From: an uncultured Mycoplasmatota bacterium
GTDB taxonomy: Bacteria > Bacillota_I > Bacilli_A > RF39 > UBA660
Reading direction: 5' to 3'
Assembly (NCBI GenBank): GCA_900547465.1
Contig: URHJ01000003.1
Location: forward strand, 980-64,979
DNA length: 64,000 bases
Shown: in pieces, positions 1 to 9,631 of the stretch
Position numbering within the stretch: position 1 is the first letter of the stretch
Layout of the letters: each line of letters opens with the position of its first letter
Notes under the pieces: model-generated
Seen by the model: only the letters and a program-made list of their open reading frames with translations
What the model was told of the DNA's origin: nothing
Database searches by the model: none
Made by a program: the position numbers and the translations under genes

Positions 1-290
1 CAACTAGAAGATTTATTTATTTTCTTTTCTTCTAGAAATTCTTTTAAAACAGTAATTAAAACTTCTTCAATAGCTTTTTGATTATCTTTATCTGTTATAT
101 CATCAAAAGATATTGTTTGATAAATACCTTTTTTTTTACCACAAGCTTTTTCTCCAGTTTCATCTATTATAGTTTTTTCTACTGTAATGTTATTTTCTTT
201 TTGGAAAACAGTATGATTTATTCCTGTTATGTTCTTCGTTTTATCAAAAGATTCAACAATCATATCTGTTCTTATTTTATACTTTTTCAT
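1..290 (-). CDS. gpr: Germination protease (GPR endopeptidase), N-terminal part; the gene runs off the left edge
   Basis: Absent from the ORF track because it is truncated. Reverse translation from the ATG at 290-288 gives MKKYKIRTDMIVESFDK...ETGEKACGKKKGIYQTISF...KAIEEVLITVLKEFLEE. This parallels the RTDLAVE, GKKEGRYLTLE and acidic helix of Bacillus GPR. It is divergent from rpsT, as in Bacillus. Confidence 0.75.
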   Translation of the reverse strand, partial: MKKYKIRTDMIVESFDKTKNITGINHTVFQKENNITVEKTIIDETGEKACGKKKGIYQTISFDDITDKDNQKAIEEVLITVLKEFLEEKKINKSSS

Positions 291-411
291 ATCTATTTCA
301 TGTGCCACTTTTATCACCTATATATAATATTTCCAAAAATATAATTTTTATTTGATTTTTTTCCTAATCTTTGGTAAAATTAATGTGTTTACAAAAAGTG
401 AGGTGAAAAAG

Positions 412-675
412 ATGCCAAATATTAAAAGTGCTAAAAAACGTGTACGTTCTAATGGAAGAAAAGAAAAAGTAAATACTTATGTTTCTTCTAGTATGAAAAC
501 TGCTATTAAAAAGTTTGAAAAAGACGTAAAAAGTGGAAATGTAGAAGCTGCTAGCCTAAGTTTAAATACAGCAATTCAAAGAGTAGATAAAGCTAAGAAA
601 GCTGGATTAGTACATCAAAATAAGGCTGCTCGTGTAAAGTCAAGATTAACTAAATTAAAAAATGCAATGAAGTAA
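412..675 (+). CDS. rpsT: 30S ribosomal protein bS20
   Basis: MPNIKSAKKRVRSNGRKEK... is a typical bS20 N-terminus. An AGGTGA SD sits at 401-406. The ORF-track start at 352 has no SD. Confidence 0.95.
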   Translation: MPNIKSAKKRVRSNGRKEKVNTYVSSSMKTAIKKFEKDVKSGNVEAASLSLNTAIQRVDKAKKAGLVHQNKAARVKSRLTKLKNAMK

Positions 676-721
676 TAGAAATTACTTCTTTTTTATGCTA
701 GAATCTATATTAGGTGATAAG

Positions 722-1627
722 ATGAAGAAATTTTTTGTACTAGGTATTTTAATGATTGTTGCAGGTGTAACCTTTTTATATAAAGAACCAATTTTAAAAG
801 AATATTATCAGTTTTATGCTAGTAATAAAAAGAATGTTACTATTGAAAAAAATAAATATTATCGTGATTATGATTTCTTATATGTTCAAAATACTGATGA
901 TTTTCAACCTCACAATAAACAAGATATTAAAAATATACTTTATACAGTTTTGAATTCTGGTGTTAGTGAATTTAGTTTCTATTGTCCAAAGGATTATGAC
1001 AATTGTATCTCTGATGTTAAAGAACTTGGAAAAGATCAAATTGCTTTATCAAATATAAATAATTATGTTCATCCTTTTAATAGTTTTAAAAATATATCTA
1101 CTCAAACTGATAGTTTAGGAAAAGTTAAGATTGAAGTGGAAAAAGCTTATTCTGATGCAGATATTAAATTGGTTAGTGAAGCTGTTAAAAATGTTGAAAA
1201 GCAAGTTTTTGATGATACTTTATCAACGAAAGATCAAATAAAGGCTGTACATGACTATATTATAGATAATTCTAAATATGATTCTAATCGTACTGATAAT
1301 GGTGTTGTTGAATATAAATCTGATTTGGCCTATGGTCCTTTGATTGAAGGATATGGAATATGTGGTGGTTATTCTGATGCGATGGAATTATTTTTAGAAG
1401 ATATGAATGTTAAGAGTTATAAAATTTCTAGTGAATCACATGTTTGGAATGCAGTTAATTTATATGATGATTGGTATCATTTAGATTTAACTTGGGACGA
1501 TCCGGTAACTAATACAGGTGTTGATTTGATTGAAGATAAATACTTTATGATATCTACTTCTACTCTTTTAGACCAAGAAAAAACTCAACATAACTTTGAT
1601 TCTTCAGTTTATTTAGAATTTAAATAG
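722..1627 (+). CDS. Membrane-anchored transglutaminase-like (cysteine protease fold) protein
   Basis: N-terminal TM helix (FFVLGILMIVAGVTFLY). Cys-His-Asp core GICGGYSDAMELF...HVWNAVNL...WYHLDLTWDD. AGGTGA SD 5 nt upstream of the ATG at 722. Confidence 0.7.
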   Translation: MKKFFVLGILMIVAGVTFLYKEPILKEYYQFYASNKKNVTIEKNKYYRDYDFLYVQNTDDFQPHNKQDIKNILYTVLNSGVSEFSFYCPKDYDNCISDVKELGKDQIALSNINNYVHPFNSFKNISTQTDSLGKVKIEVEKAYSDADIKLVSEAVKNVEKQVFDDTLSTKDQIKAVHDYIIDNSKYDSNRTDNGVVEYKSDLAYGPLIEGYGICGGYSDAMELFLEDMNVKSYKISSESHVWNAVNLYDDWYHLDLTWDDPVTNTGVDLIEDKYFMISTSTLLDQEKTQHNFDSSVYLEFK

Positions 1628-1628
1628 A

Positions 1629-1654
1629 AAGATTGCTTTGAGGCAGTCTTTTTT
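1629..1654 (+). terminator. Rho-independent terminator after the transglutaminase-like gene
   Basis: AAGATTGC / GGCAGTCTT stem (one G-U pair) followed by TTTTT. Confidence 0.55.
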
Positions 1655-1735
1655 ATTTTCTAAAATACTATTAGTTCTGCTTTATTTTAAGAATATTTTG
1701 TGATAGAATTATAGATACTTATAAGAGGTGATTTT

Positions 1736-2911
1736 ATGGCAGTAGGTATCATCGCAGAATATAATCCATTTCATAATGGACATTTGTATCACTTACAAAA
1801 GGTAAATGAAATGTTTCCAAATGAAGAGATTATTTTGGTTATGAACGGTAACTTTACACAACGTGGTGAACCAGCAATTATTGATAAATGGAAAAGAAGT
1901 GAAATGGCTATAGAAGCTTCTATCGATTTAGTGGTAGAACTTCCCTATCCTTTCGCAACACAATCAGCAGATTTCTTTAGTTATGGAGCTGTTACTTTAT
2001 TAGAAAAATTAAAAGTTGATAAGTTTGTTTTTGGGAGTGAAACTGGCGATATAAGTTTATTAGAAGAAATAGTAAATGCTCAACTATATTGTAAAGATTT
2101 TGACCCTCTTGTTAAAATTTATATGAAACTAGGAGAAAACTACCCTACTGCTCTTTCTAAAGCCTTAAATGATCTTACTGGGAAGAGTTTAAAATTACCT
2201 AATGATCTTTTAGGTATTAGTTATGTTAAAGCAATTAAAAAAAATAACTATAAAATCAAACCTTATTGTATTAAAAGAGAAAATAATTATCATGATAAAA
2301 ACAATAAAAGTGTAATTACTAGCGCTACTAGTATAAGGGAGGCTTTAATAAATAAGGAAGATATTTCTTTGAGTGTTCCTACTTTTGTTAATAAATATTT
2401 GATTGATTTACATTTTCAAGAAGATTATTTTAAGTTTTTGAAATATAAAATATTATTAGAAAAAGATTTGTCAATATATCAAACTGTAGATGAGGGATTA
2501 AATTCAAAGATAAAAAAAGAAATAGTAGAGGCTACTTCATATAAAGATTTGATTGAAAAACTAAAATCAAGACGTTATACTTATAGTAATCTAAGTAGGA
2601 TGTTAAATCATATCTTATGTGGTTTTACTAAAGAGCTTGCTATAGAGTGTCAGGAAATTGAATATATAAGAGTTTTAGGATTCAATGAAGTTGGTCAAAG
2701 ATATTTGGGTAAAATAAAAAAAGAAGTTGATATACCTATTCTTACAAATTATTCTAAAAATCATAGTAAGATGTTAGAATTAGAATTTCAATCTAGTTGT
2801 TGCTACGCATCAACTTTAGATGAAGTAAAAAAGACTGAACTGATAAAAAAAGAATATCAGTATCACCCAAAGTATAAGGAGAAGATGAGTAATGAAAAAA
2901 ATGGACAATAA
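1736..2911 (+). CDS. tmcAL: tRNA(Met) cytidine acetate ligase (YlbM/UPF0348 nucleotidyltransferase)
   Basis: N-terminus MAVGIIAEYNPFHNGHLYHLQK, the HxGH-type motif of the YlbM/TmcAL family. Length about 390 aa. Confidence 0.8.
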   Translation: MAVGIIAEYNPFHNGHLYHLQKVNEMFPNEEIILVMNGNFTQRGEPAIIDKWKRSEMAIEASIDLVVELPYPFATQSADFFSYGAVTLLEKLKVDKFVFGSETGDISLLEEIVNAQLYCKDFDPLVKIYMKLGENYPTALSKALNDLTGKSLKLPNDLLGISYVKAIKKNNYKIKPYCIKRENNYHDKNNKSVITSATSIREALINKEDISLSVPTFVNKYLIDLHFQEDYFKFLKYKILLEKDLSIYQTVDEGLNSKIKKEIVEATSYKDLIEKLKSRRYTYSNLSRMLNHILCGFTKELAIECQEIEYIRVLGFNEVGQRYLGKIKKEVDIPILTNYSKNHSKMLELEFQSSCCYASTLDEVKKTELIKKEYQYHPKYKEKMSNEKNGQ

Positions 2912-3578
2912 AGGACAATTAATAGTAGTTTCTGGACCTAGTGGTGCTGGAAAAGATACAATTGTAAAGGAAGTATTAAAAACAAATAAATCGGCTTGGG
3001 AATCTATATCATGTACAAGTAGAAGTCCTAGACCTGGTGAAGTTGATGGACGAGATTACTACTTTTTATCAAGAGAAGAATTTGAACAAAGAATTAAAGA
3101 AAAAAAATTTCTAGAATATGCTTTATATGCTGATAACTATTATGGTACTCCTGTTGATGTTATTCAAGATAAATTAAATCAAGGTATTGATGTTATATTA
3201 GTAATTGAAATACAAGGTGCTTTAAAAATTAAAGAAATGTTGGAAGAGACTGTATTTATCTTTATACTTCCTCCTTCTATGAAAGAATTAAAAAGAAGAC
3301 TTGAAGGAAGAAATACTGAAACAAAAGATAAATTATTAAAAAGATTTCAAACTGCTTATAAAGAATTAAACGAAGTTACAAAATACAATTATGTTGTTAT
3401 AAATGATGAAGTTGACGTTGCTGCTGCTAAGGTAAATGCAATATTAGCATCAGAAAAATGCAGAGTCGATCGAATCGAGGAAGTTTATTTAAATTCACTT
3501 GAAGAGGAAATTCATGAAATATTAAGAGAAGATAAGGAATTTATTAACGTACCTGTTTCTGTAAATAAAGAGAATTAA
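2892..3578 (+). CDS. gmk: Guanylate kinase
   Basis: P-loop GPSGAGKDT, then TSRSPRPGEVDGRDYYF and YGT motifs. Overlaps the tmcAL stop by 20 nt. Confidence 0.9.
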   Translation: MKKMDNKGQLIVVSGPSGAGKDTIVKEVLKTNKSAWESISCTSRSPRPGEVDGRDYYFLSREEFEQRIKEKKFLEYALYADNYYGTPVDVIQDKLNQGIDVILVIEIQGALKIKEMLEETVFIFILPPSMKELKRRLEGRNTETKDKLLKRFQTAYKELNEVTKYNYVVINDEVDVAAAKVNAILASEKCRVDRIEEVYLNSLEEEIHEILREDKEFINVPVSVNKEN

Positions 3579-3603
3579 TCTCTTTATTTTTTTGCAAGAA
3601 AAA

Positions 3604-3623
3604 AGAATGATAAAAATCATTCT
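3604..3623. terminator. Bidirectional terminator between convergent gmk and pyk
   Basis: Perfect hairpin AGAATGAT-AAAA-ATCATTCT flanked by A and T runs. Confidence 0.7.
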
Positions 3624-5035
3624 TAGTCAATAACTTCAATTTTCATTAAGTTTGTTGTTCTGTTTTCAGCAGTGTTAGGGAAACCTCCAGTTAATACGAT
3701 TACATCTCCCTTGTCTAAATTCATAAAGTCTTTAGCACGTTCAACACTTAAGTTTAATACTTCATCAGTAGAGTTACAAACTTTTAAGTTTTCTCCATAA
3801 ACTCCCCAATTTAATGCAAGACTTCTAGCTGTTTTTTCATCAGGACATAAAGCTAAGATTGGAGCTTTTGGTTTTAGGTTAGAAATAACTGCTGCAGTTG
3901 AACCACTCATAGTAGCTGCACAAATTAATTTACCACCTAAACGGTTAGAACTTTCAACTACATTTTCAGCAATTGAAGATTGAACACTTTCTGTACGATC
4001 TTTTTTTGAAATATAATCGAAGTTAGCATATCTTTCAGCAACCTCACAAATATCAGCCATGGCTTGTACAGTTTCTACTGGGTGTTTACCAATACTAGTT
4101 TCACCACTTAACATAACTGCATCAGTACCATCAAGTACTGCATTAGCTATATCTGAAGTTTCAGCTCTTTTTGGTCTATTGTTATCCATCATAGACTCTA
4201 ACATTTCAGTAGCAGTAATTGCTATTTTTCCACATTCACGAGCAACATTAATTAGATATTTTTGAGCATGTGGTACTTCTTCACTTGGAATTTCAGTTCC
4301 TAGATCTCCACGTGCTACCATGATACCATCTGATACATTTAAGATATCTTTAATGTTATCAATTCCTAATTTACTTTCAATCTTACAAATAATTTTCATA
4401 TCTTCACGATCATATTCTTTAAGAATTTCTTTAACTTCTAATACATCTTCTTTAGTAGAAACGAATGATAAAGCAAGGAATTCTCCACCATTTTTACAAG
4501 CGTAAATAATATCTTCTCTATCAGCATCACTAATAAATGGAATATTTAATGCTTTTCCAGGAACACTCATACTCTTACGGTTTCCTAATACTCCACCTGT
4601 AAGAATTTTACAAGTAACACCTTCAGAATCTTTTTCGATGACTTCAGTTTTCATTTTTGCATTTTCAAATAAAACTGTATCTCCTACTTCTAATGAATCA
4701 ATAGCATCTGGATGGTTAACAGTAATTCTTTCTTCATTACCTTTAACATCTGCTTTAACTAGTTTTATAGTCTTTCCTTCAACTAGTTCGATTGATTCTC
4801 CTTCTAGTACTCCACTACGGAATTCAGGTCCTTTTGTATCCCAAAGAATACCTAGGTTGATACCAGTTTTCTTTCTAACTTCACGAACTGAAGAAGTAGC
4901 TTGTTCCCTTTCTTCTATAGTTGCATGAGAAAAGTTAATTCTTGCAACATTCATTCCTGCTAAAGCTAATTTTTCCATAACATCAACTGTGTTAGTAGCA
5001 GGTCCAATTGTACAAACAATCTTTGTCTTTTTCAT
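3623..5035 (-). CDS. pyk: Pyruvate kinase
   Basis: MKKTKIVCTIGPA..., MNVARINFSHA, MVARGDLG, AVMLSGETS motifs. 470 aa. Confidence 0.95.
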   Translation of the reverse strand: MKKTKIVCTIGPATNTVDVMEKLALAGMNVARINFSHATIEEREQATSSVREVRKKTGINLGILWDTKGPEFRSGVLEGESIELVEGKTIKLVKADVKGNEERITVNHPDAIDSLEVGDTVLFENAKMKTEVIEKDSEGVTCKILTGGVLGNRKSMSVPGKALNIPFISDADREDIIYACKNGGEFLALSFVSTKEDVLEVKEILKEYDREDMKIICKIESKLGIDNIKDILNVSDGIMVARGDLGTEIPSEEVPHAQKYLINVARECGKIAITATEMLESMMDNNRPKRAETSDIANAVLDGTDAVMLSGETSIGKHPVETVQAMADICEVAERYANFDYISKKDRTESVQSSIAENVVESSNRLGGKLICAATMSGSTAAVISNLKPKAPILALCPDEKTARSLALNWGVYGENLKVCNSTDEVLNLSVERAKDFMNLDKGDVIVLTGGFPNTAENRTTNLMKIEVID

Positions 5036-5124
5036 ATTTTTTCCTCCTCTAAACGTACTTTATTATTTTATCATAAAATACTAAAAAAAATCAATGATTT
5101 CACAGCGAAAACATTGATTAAAAC

Positions 5125-5946
5125 TTAAATTTGACATTTAGGGCAATAATAACTTGAACGCCCATTGATTTTATCCACTTTTAATGTTGTACCACAGGTT
5201 GGACATTTGCCATTCTTTTTCCCATGAACTAATAATTCGTTTTGAAAAAGGCCGTGAACACCTTCGCTTGATGTGAAACTTTTAATAGTGGTTCCTCCTA
5301 GTTCTATAGCATGATTTAGAACTGTTCTTGTATTTTTGATAATTGAAGTACATTCTTTCATTGTAACTAAGTTTGATTTACGATGTGGTGATATTTTTGA
5401 AAGAAATAATATTTCATCATCATAAATATTACCTATTCCAGTGATTATAGATTGGTCAAGCAAACTAGTTTTTATTGGTATGGATTTTGATTTTAATTTA
5501 TTATATAGATAACTAGCTGTTAGTAGTGAATCATCATATTCGTATCCCATGTCTTTTAGTGGTTTTTCATTTAAGTAATTATCTTTTGAAAGAAGATACA
5601 TTTTACCAAATTTTCTAACATCGTGAAACCTTAGTTGTTCACCATTATCTAAAGTAAAGAAAACATGTTCATGTTTATTCTTAATATCGTTCGGATGGCG
5701 GAAGAAAAATTTACCTTCCATACGAAGATGAATTAACAAAACGTTTTTACTTAGGTGGAAAACAAGCCACTTTCCTCTTGTTGTAATATCATTTATTTTT
5801 TGTCCAACTAATTTCTTTTTAAAACTTTCTACATCAGGATATTCTATTATATTATCCCAAAACACTTCAACATCAGTTATTTTTCTTCCTATTAAATTTG
5901 GTTTAAGTGCTTTAACAACAGTAATCACTTCTGGTTTTTCTGGCAT
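5125..5946 (-). CDS. mutM: Formamidopyrimidine-DNA glycosylase
   Basis: N-terminal MPEKPEV, an H2TH region, and a C-terminal zinc finger CPTCGT...YYCPKCQ. Confidence 0.9.
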   Translation of the reverse strand: MPEKPEVITVVKALKPNLIGRKITDVEVFWDNIIEYPDVESFKKKLVGQKINDITTRGKWLVFHLSKNVLLIHLRMEGKFFFRHPNDIKNKHEHVFFTLDNGEQLRFHDVRKFGKMYLLSKDNYLNEKPLKDMGYEYDDSLLTASYLYNKLKSKSIPIKTSLLDQSIITGIGNIYDDEILFLSKISPHRKSNLVTMKECTSIIKNTRTVLNHAIELGGTTIKSFTSSEGVHGLFQNELLVHGKKNGKCPTCGTTLKVDKINGRSSYYCPKCQI

Positions 5947-5958
5947 TATCTCACTTCC

Positions 5959-8574
5959 CTATTTTGCTTCATACCAATCATTTCCGTATTCAATATCTAC
6001 CTTAAGTGGTGCCTCTAACGGATATGTATTTTCCATAATATCTCTAACTATTTCAGTAACTTGATCCATTTCATCTTTTTTAACATTAAATACTAATTCA
6101 TCGTGTACTTGAATTAACATTTTACTTTTTAAGCCAAGTTCTCTAAATTTATCATATATTTCAATCATAGCTTTTTTTAGAATATCTGCTGCTGTACCCT
6201 GAATTGGTGTATTTAAAGCTATTCTTTCTCCTCCACTACGTACTAAGTAATTTTTACTTTGCAACTCTTCTATTACACGTTTTCTATTCATTAATGTTTT
6301 TACGTAACCGTGTTTATAGGCATTTTGTTTTTCTTCTTCCATATATTCAGATATTCCTGGATATGTTTCCAAATAATTATCCATAAATTCTTTAGCCATT
6401 TTGATATTGATTCCCAAATCCTCAGAAAGCCCAAAACTACTTATTCCATATAGAATTCCAAAGTTAACGGCTTTTGCTGTTCTTCTCATACTCTTATCAA
6501 CTTGATCTATTGGAACATGATAGATATCACTAGCAGTTTTAGTATGTATATCTATATCATTTTTAAAAGCATCTATTAGGTTAGTGGCTTTTGACATAGA
6601 GGCAAATACTCTTAATTCAACTTGTGAATAATCACTAGATAGTAAATATGAATCCTCATCTGGTATAAATGCTTTACGAATTAATTTTGAATATTCATCT
6701 CTAGCAGGAATGTTTTGTAAATTAGGACTGATACTAGATAGACGGCCAGTCCTTGTAAGGGTTTGAGTGAAAATAGTATGAATTCTACCATCTTCACGCA
6801 CTTCATTTTTTAAACCAACTGCATAATTAGTATATAATTTTGATAGTGTTCTATACTCAAGAATCTTGTTGACAATAGGATGTAGATCAACTATTTTATC
6901 AAGTATTTCCTTACTAGTTGAATACTTATTATCTTTTACTCTTTTAGGGTACCTTATCTCCAATTTAACAAATAAAATTTCACTAAGTTGCTTGGGAGAC
7001 ATTATATTAAATTCTTCTCCTGCCTCGTTATATATATCTTTTTCTAATATACTCATTTTACTTTCTAGTTCTTTAGCAACAGAATCTAAGTATTCGCTAT
7101 CAACTTTAATACCAGTTATCTCCATATCAGCTAACACTCTAGAAAGTGGCATTTCAATATCTTCAAATAAGTGTAATTCTTCATCTTCTTTTAATTTATT
7201 ATAAATTTGTTCTTTTATCTCATATATAAATTTAGCCTTGAATCCACAGTTTTGTTTAATAGTATCTATAGATACATCTTTAGGTTTCTTTTGAGTTCCA
7301 TATATATCTTCATATAACGGAATATTGTAATCAAAGTATTTAGCTAAGAAACTGATATCATCTTTAATAGTATAATTTAGCAAATATGCCGCTATCATCA
7401 AATCAAAAACAGTATTTTTTTCTTTAACACCAATCTTGTTAAATAGAACAATATTTCTTTTTAAATCATAAGTATATTTATTATAAATTGTAGAAAATAA
7501 TTCACTATATTCAGTTACTTTATCTCCAGGAATATAATAAGCTTTACTACCATCATATAGCCCTACACCTATTATTTTTCCTTTATTATAACTCTCAAAA
7601 TCTGTTTCTACATAATATGAGAATTCTTTATTTTTTGGAAAATCAGTAATATCGGCAAATTCAAATTCATCTTTTGACTGACTATTTATAATAGATGGTT
7701 CATCGTCATAAACGTTCATCTTTCTTAATAATGAGAAGAACTCTAATTCATGTAATATTCCTAAAAAACGTTCTTTATCAAAACCTGTATATTCTAGTTC
7801 GTTAAGTGTAAAATCTAGAGGTACTTCTCTATAAATAGTTGCGATATCATAACTCATGTATGCATTATCTTTATCAGCTAATAATTTTTCTTTCGTTTTT
7901 CCCGAAATATCATCAATATTTTGATAAACTCCATCTAATGTTTTATATTTGCTTAACAAGTTAACAGCTGTTTTTTCACCTATTCCTTTAACCCCAGGAA
8001 TGTTATCGCTTTTATCACCCATTAAAGCTTTTAAATCAATCATATTGATTGGTTCGATACCACTATATGTATTTTTAAATTCATCTCGTGTCATTCGTAT
8101 GAAGCCGCTTGTTTTCAATAGTTTAACTTCTACTTCATCACTGATAAGTTGTAGTAAGTCTTTATCACTACTAATGATTGTTGCGATAAACTCATCTTCT
8201 TCATCAACAATCTTTGCTACTGTTCCTATAATATCATCAGCTTCATAATTATCAATTTCGAAATGTTTTATTCCCATAGCATCTAGTACTTCTTTAGCTT
8301 TAGGAAACTGTAGTTTTAAATCATTAGGCATCTCTACTCTTCCAGCTTTATACCAATCATATTGATCGTGTCTAAATGTTTTTCCTTTATCAAAGGCAAC
8401 CAAAATATATGAAGGTTCTTCTTCCTTCATTATTTTGTTCATCATATTTATAAATCCATATAAAGCATTTGTAGGAAATCCTTTTGAATTTCTCATAATA
8501 ACGCCTTGATATGCTGTTGCATAATAACTTCTAAATAATAAATTATTTCCATCTACTAGTATAACTTTTTTCAT
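5959..8574 (-). CDS. polA: DNA polymerase I
   Basis: 5-prime nuclease N-terminus (VILVDGNNLLFRSYYA; GDKSDNIPGVKGIGEKTA). Pol motifs DYSQVELRV, RRTAKAVNFGILYG, QVHDELV. Start moved to the ATG at 8574, which has an AGGTGA SD; the track start is a GTG inside that SD. Confidence 0.95.
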   Translation of the reverse strand: MKKVILVDGNNLLFRSYYATAYQGVIMRNSKGFPTNALYGFINMMNKIMKEEEPSYILVAFDKGKTFRHDQYDWYKAGRVEMPNDLKLQFPKAKEVLDAMGIKHFEIDNYEADDIIGTVAKIVDEEDEFIATIISSDKDLLQLISDEVEVKLLKTSGFIRMTRDEFKNTYSGIEPINMIDLKALMGDKSDNIPGVKGIGEKTAVNLLSKYKTLDGVYQNIDDISGKTKEKLLADKDNAYMSYDIATIYREVPLDFTLNELEYTGFDKERFLGILHELEFFSLLRKMNVYDDEPSIINSQSKDEFEFADITDFPKNKEFSYYVETDFESYNKGKIIGVGLYDGSKAYYIPGDKVTEYSELFSTIYNKYTYDLKRNIVLFNKIGVKEKNTVFDLMIAAYLLNYTIKDDISFLAKYFDYNIPLYEDIYGTQKKPKDVSIDTIKQNCGFKAKFIYEIKEQIYNKLKEDEELHLFEDIEMPLSRVLADMEITGIKVDSEYLDSVAKELESKMSILEKDIYNEAGEEFNIMSPKQLSEILFVKLEIRYPKRVKDNKYSTSKEILDKIVDLHPIVNKILEYRTLSKLYTNYAVGLKNEVREDGRIHTIFTQTLTRTGRLSSISPNLQNIPARDEYSKLIRKAFIPDEDSYLLSSDYSQVELRVFASMSKATNLIDAFKNDIDIHTKTASDIYHVPIDQVDKSMRRTAKAVNFGILYGISSFGLSEDLGINIKMAKEFMDNYLETYPGISEYMEEEKQNAYKHGYVKTLMNRKRVIEELQSKNYLVRSGGERIALNTPIQGTAADILKKAMIEIYDKFRELGLKSKMLIQVHDELVFNVKKDEMDQVTEIVRDIMENTYPLEAPLKVDIEYGNDWYEAK

Positions 8575-8636
8575 TCTCTTCACCTAAAAATAATTATACC
8601 ATAATTAAGAAAATTTATCTTATTAAATCAGCTATA

Positions 8637-9245
8637 TTATAATTTCTTTTTTATTTTTGTATAAACCTTTTCATAATAACACTTTCCGCACAGTGGTACA
8701 TATGAGATATTTTTATTAGTTTGATCTATTTCTACTTCTTCACCACTTGTTGTGAACTTATTATTAATTTTTCTAGCATTAAATTCAGCTGGTTCTCCAC
8801 AGACGCATAAAGAATTAGTATCCATTTTAATAATTTCATCAGCAAGTGATAATAATGCCTTACTTCCAGAAAATAACTCACCTCGGAAATTAGTTCTTAG
8901 ACCAAAACAATTGATTGGAATGTTTATTTTTTTATTTATTTTCCATAGCTCCGTTATTTGTTGTTCTGTTAAAAATTGTGCTTCATCAACAATAATGTAG
9001 TCTGATTCAATTATTTTATCGATATAGAGCTCCGACAATATCCTCTCCTCCGATTCTAATAAAATATCGACTTTTCTTTTTTGACCTTGTCTGTTAATAA
9101 TACAATCGTTACCTTTTTCATCTATCTTAGGCTTAATTAATAATACTGTCTTTCCATTTTCTTCTAAATCATGTATTCGTTGGAATATTCTGGTTGTTTT
9201 TCCACCTTTCATAGCACTATAATAAAAATTTATTTTTTCATTCAT
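8637..9245 (-). CDS. tdk: Thymidine kinase
   Basis: YSAMKGGKTT P-loop, VDEAQF, and a C-terminal zinc-ribbon cysteine pair (CVCG...CGKC). GGAGGT SD upstream of the ATG at 9245. Confidence 0.9.
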   Translation of the reverse strand: MNEKINFYYSAMKGGKTTRIFQRIHDLEENGKTVLLIKPKIDEKGNDCIINRQGQKRKVDILLESEERILSELYIDKIIESDYIIVDEAQFLTEQQITELWKINKKINIPINCFGLRTNFRGELFSGSKALLSLADEIIKMDTNSLCVCGEPAEFNARKINNKFTTSGEEVEIDQTNKNISYVPLCGKCYYEKVYTKIKKKL

Positions 9246-9345
9246 AAAATTACCTCCATTTATTATTTTATTAGAATCTTTACCCAAACAATTATAAGTA
9301 TTTATCTATATATTTGTCAATTGATAGCTGATGTAAAAATCAGCT

Positions 9346-9501
9346 TTACGATTTCTTTCCGATGGATAAAGAAGAATTAATATTACGAAAATCACTTCTA
9401 GAATCCAATTCTTGTACCCTATTACAAACTAGTAGTGTACATAAAACAGCTAATACATAAATAACTGTAATACAAATTCCTCCTTTTACCACTTTCATCA
9501 T
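9346..9501 (-). CDS. 51-aa single-pass membrane protein divergent from lexA; candidate SOS-induced cell-division inhibitor (YneA/SosA analogue)
   Basis: Too short for the ORF track. MMKVVKGGICITVIYVLAVLCTLLVCNRVQELDSRSDFRNINSSLSIGKKS. GGAGTGGA SD at 9507-9514. Driven by a consensus promoter that carries a LexA box. Confidence 0.55.
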   Translation of the reverse strand: MMKVVKGGICITVIYVLAVLCTLLVCNRVQELDSRSDFRNINSSLSIGKKS

Positions 9502-9532
9502 TTCAATCCACTCCTTTCTCAATTACAAATTA

Positions 9533-9561
9533 ATTATATATCATACAATTGTTCGTGTCAA
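9533..9561 (-). promoter_or_regulatory. Sigma-A promoter TTGACA-17-TATAAT with a LexA operator in the spacer
   Basis: The minus strand reads TTGACA CGAACAATTGTATGATA TATAAT. CGAACAATTGTAT (plus coordinates 9543-9555) matches the left half and N4 spacing of the Firmicutes LexA box CGAAC-N4-GTTCG. Confidence 0.65.
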
Positions 9562-9571
9562 TGTACATTTA

Positions 9572-9613
9572 AAACATTTGTTTGACTTTTTACGTAAAGA
9601 ATGATAAACTACA
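9572..9613 (+). promoter_or_regulatory. lexA promoter region with a candidate LexA box overlapping the -35
   Basis: AAACATTTGTTT (9572-9583) matches GAAC-N4-GTTC at 6 of 8 positions. It overlaps TTGACT (9582-9587), which is followed after 17 nt by TAAACT. Confidence 0.5.
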
Positions 9614-9631
9614 ATTGTAAAGGAGGTAAAT

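Noticed and set aside
78-344. 88-aa plus-strand ORF at the left edge
   Set aside because: Low-complexity F/I/Y-rich translation, antisense to a well-supported gpr N-terminus. A typical AT-rich shadow ORF.
4059-4928. Three plus-strand ORFs (68, 61 and 96 aa) inside pyk
   Set aside because: They are antisense to a highly conserved pyruvate kinase, have Ser/Leu/Ile-rich shadow-frame composition and no SD. The same reasoning applies to the antisense ORFs inside polA, tdk, dnaJ, pepF, dnaK, queA, ruvB, holA, alaS, the AI-2E gene, proS, the ABC gene and others in the track.
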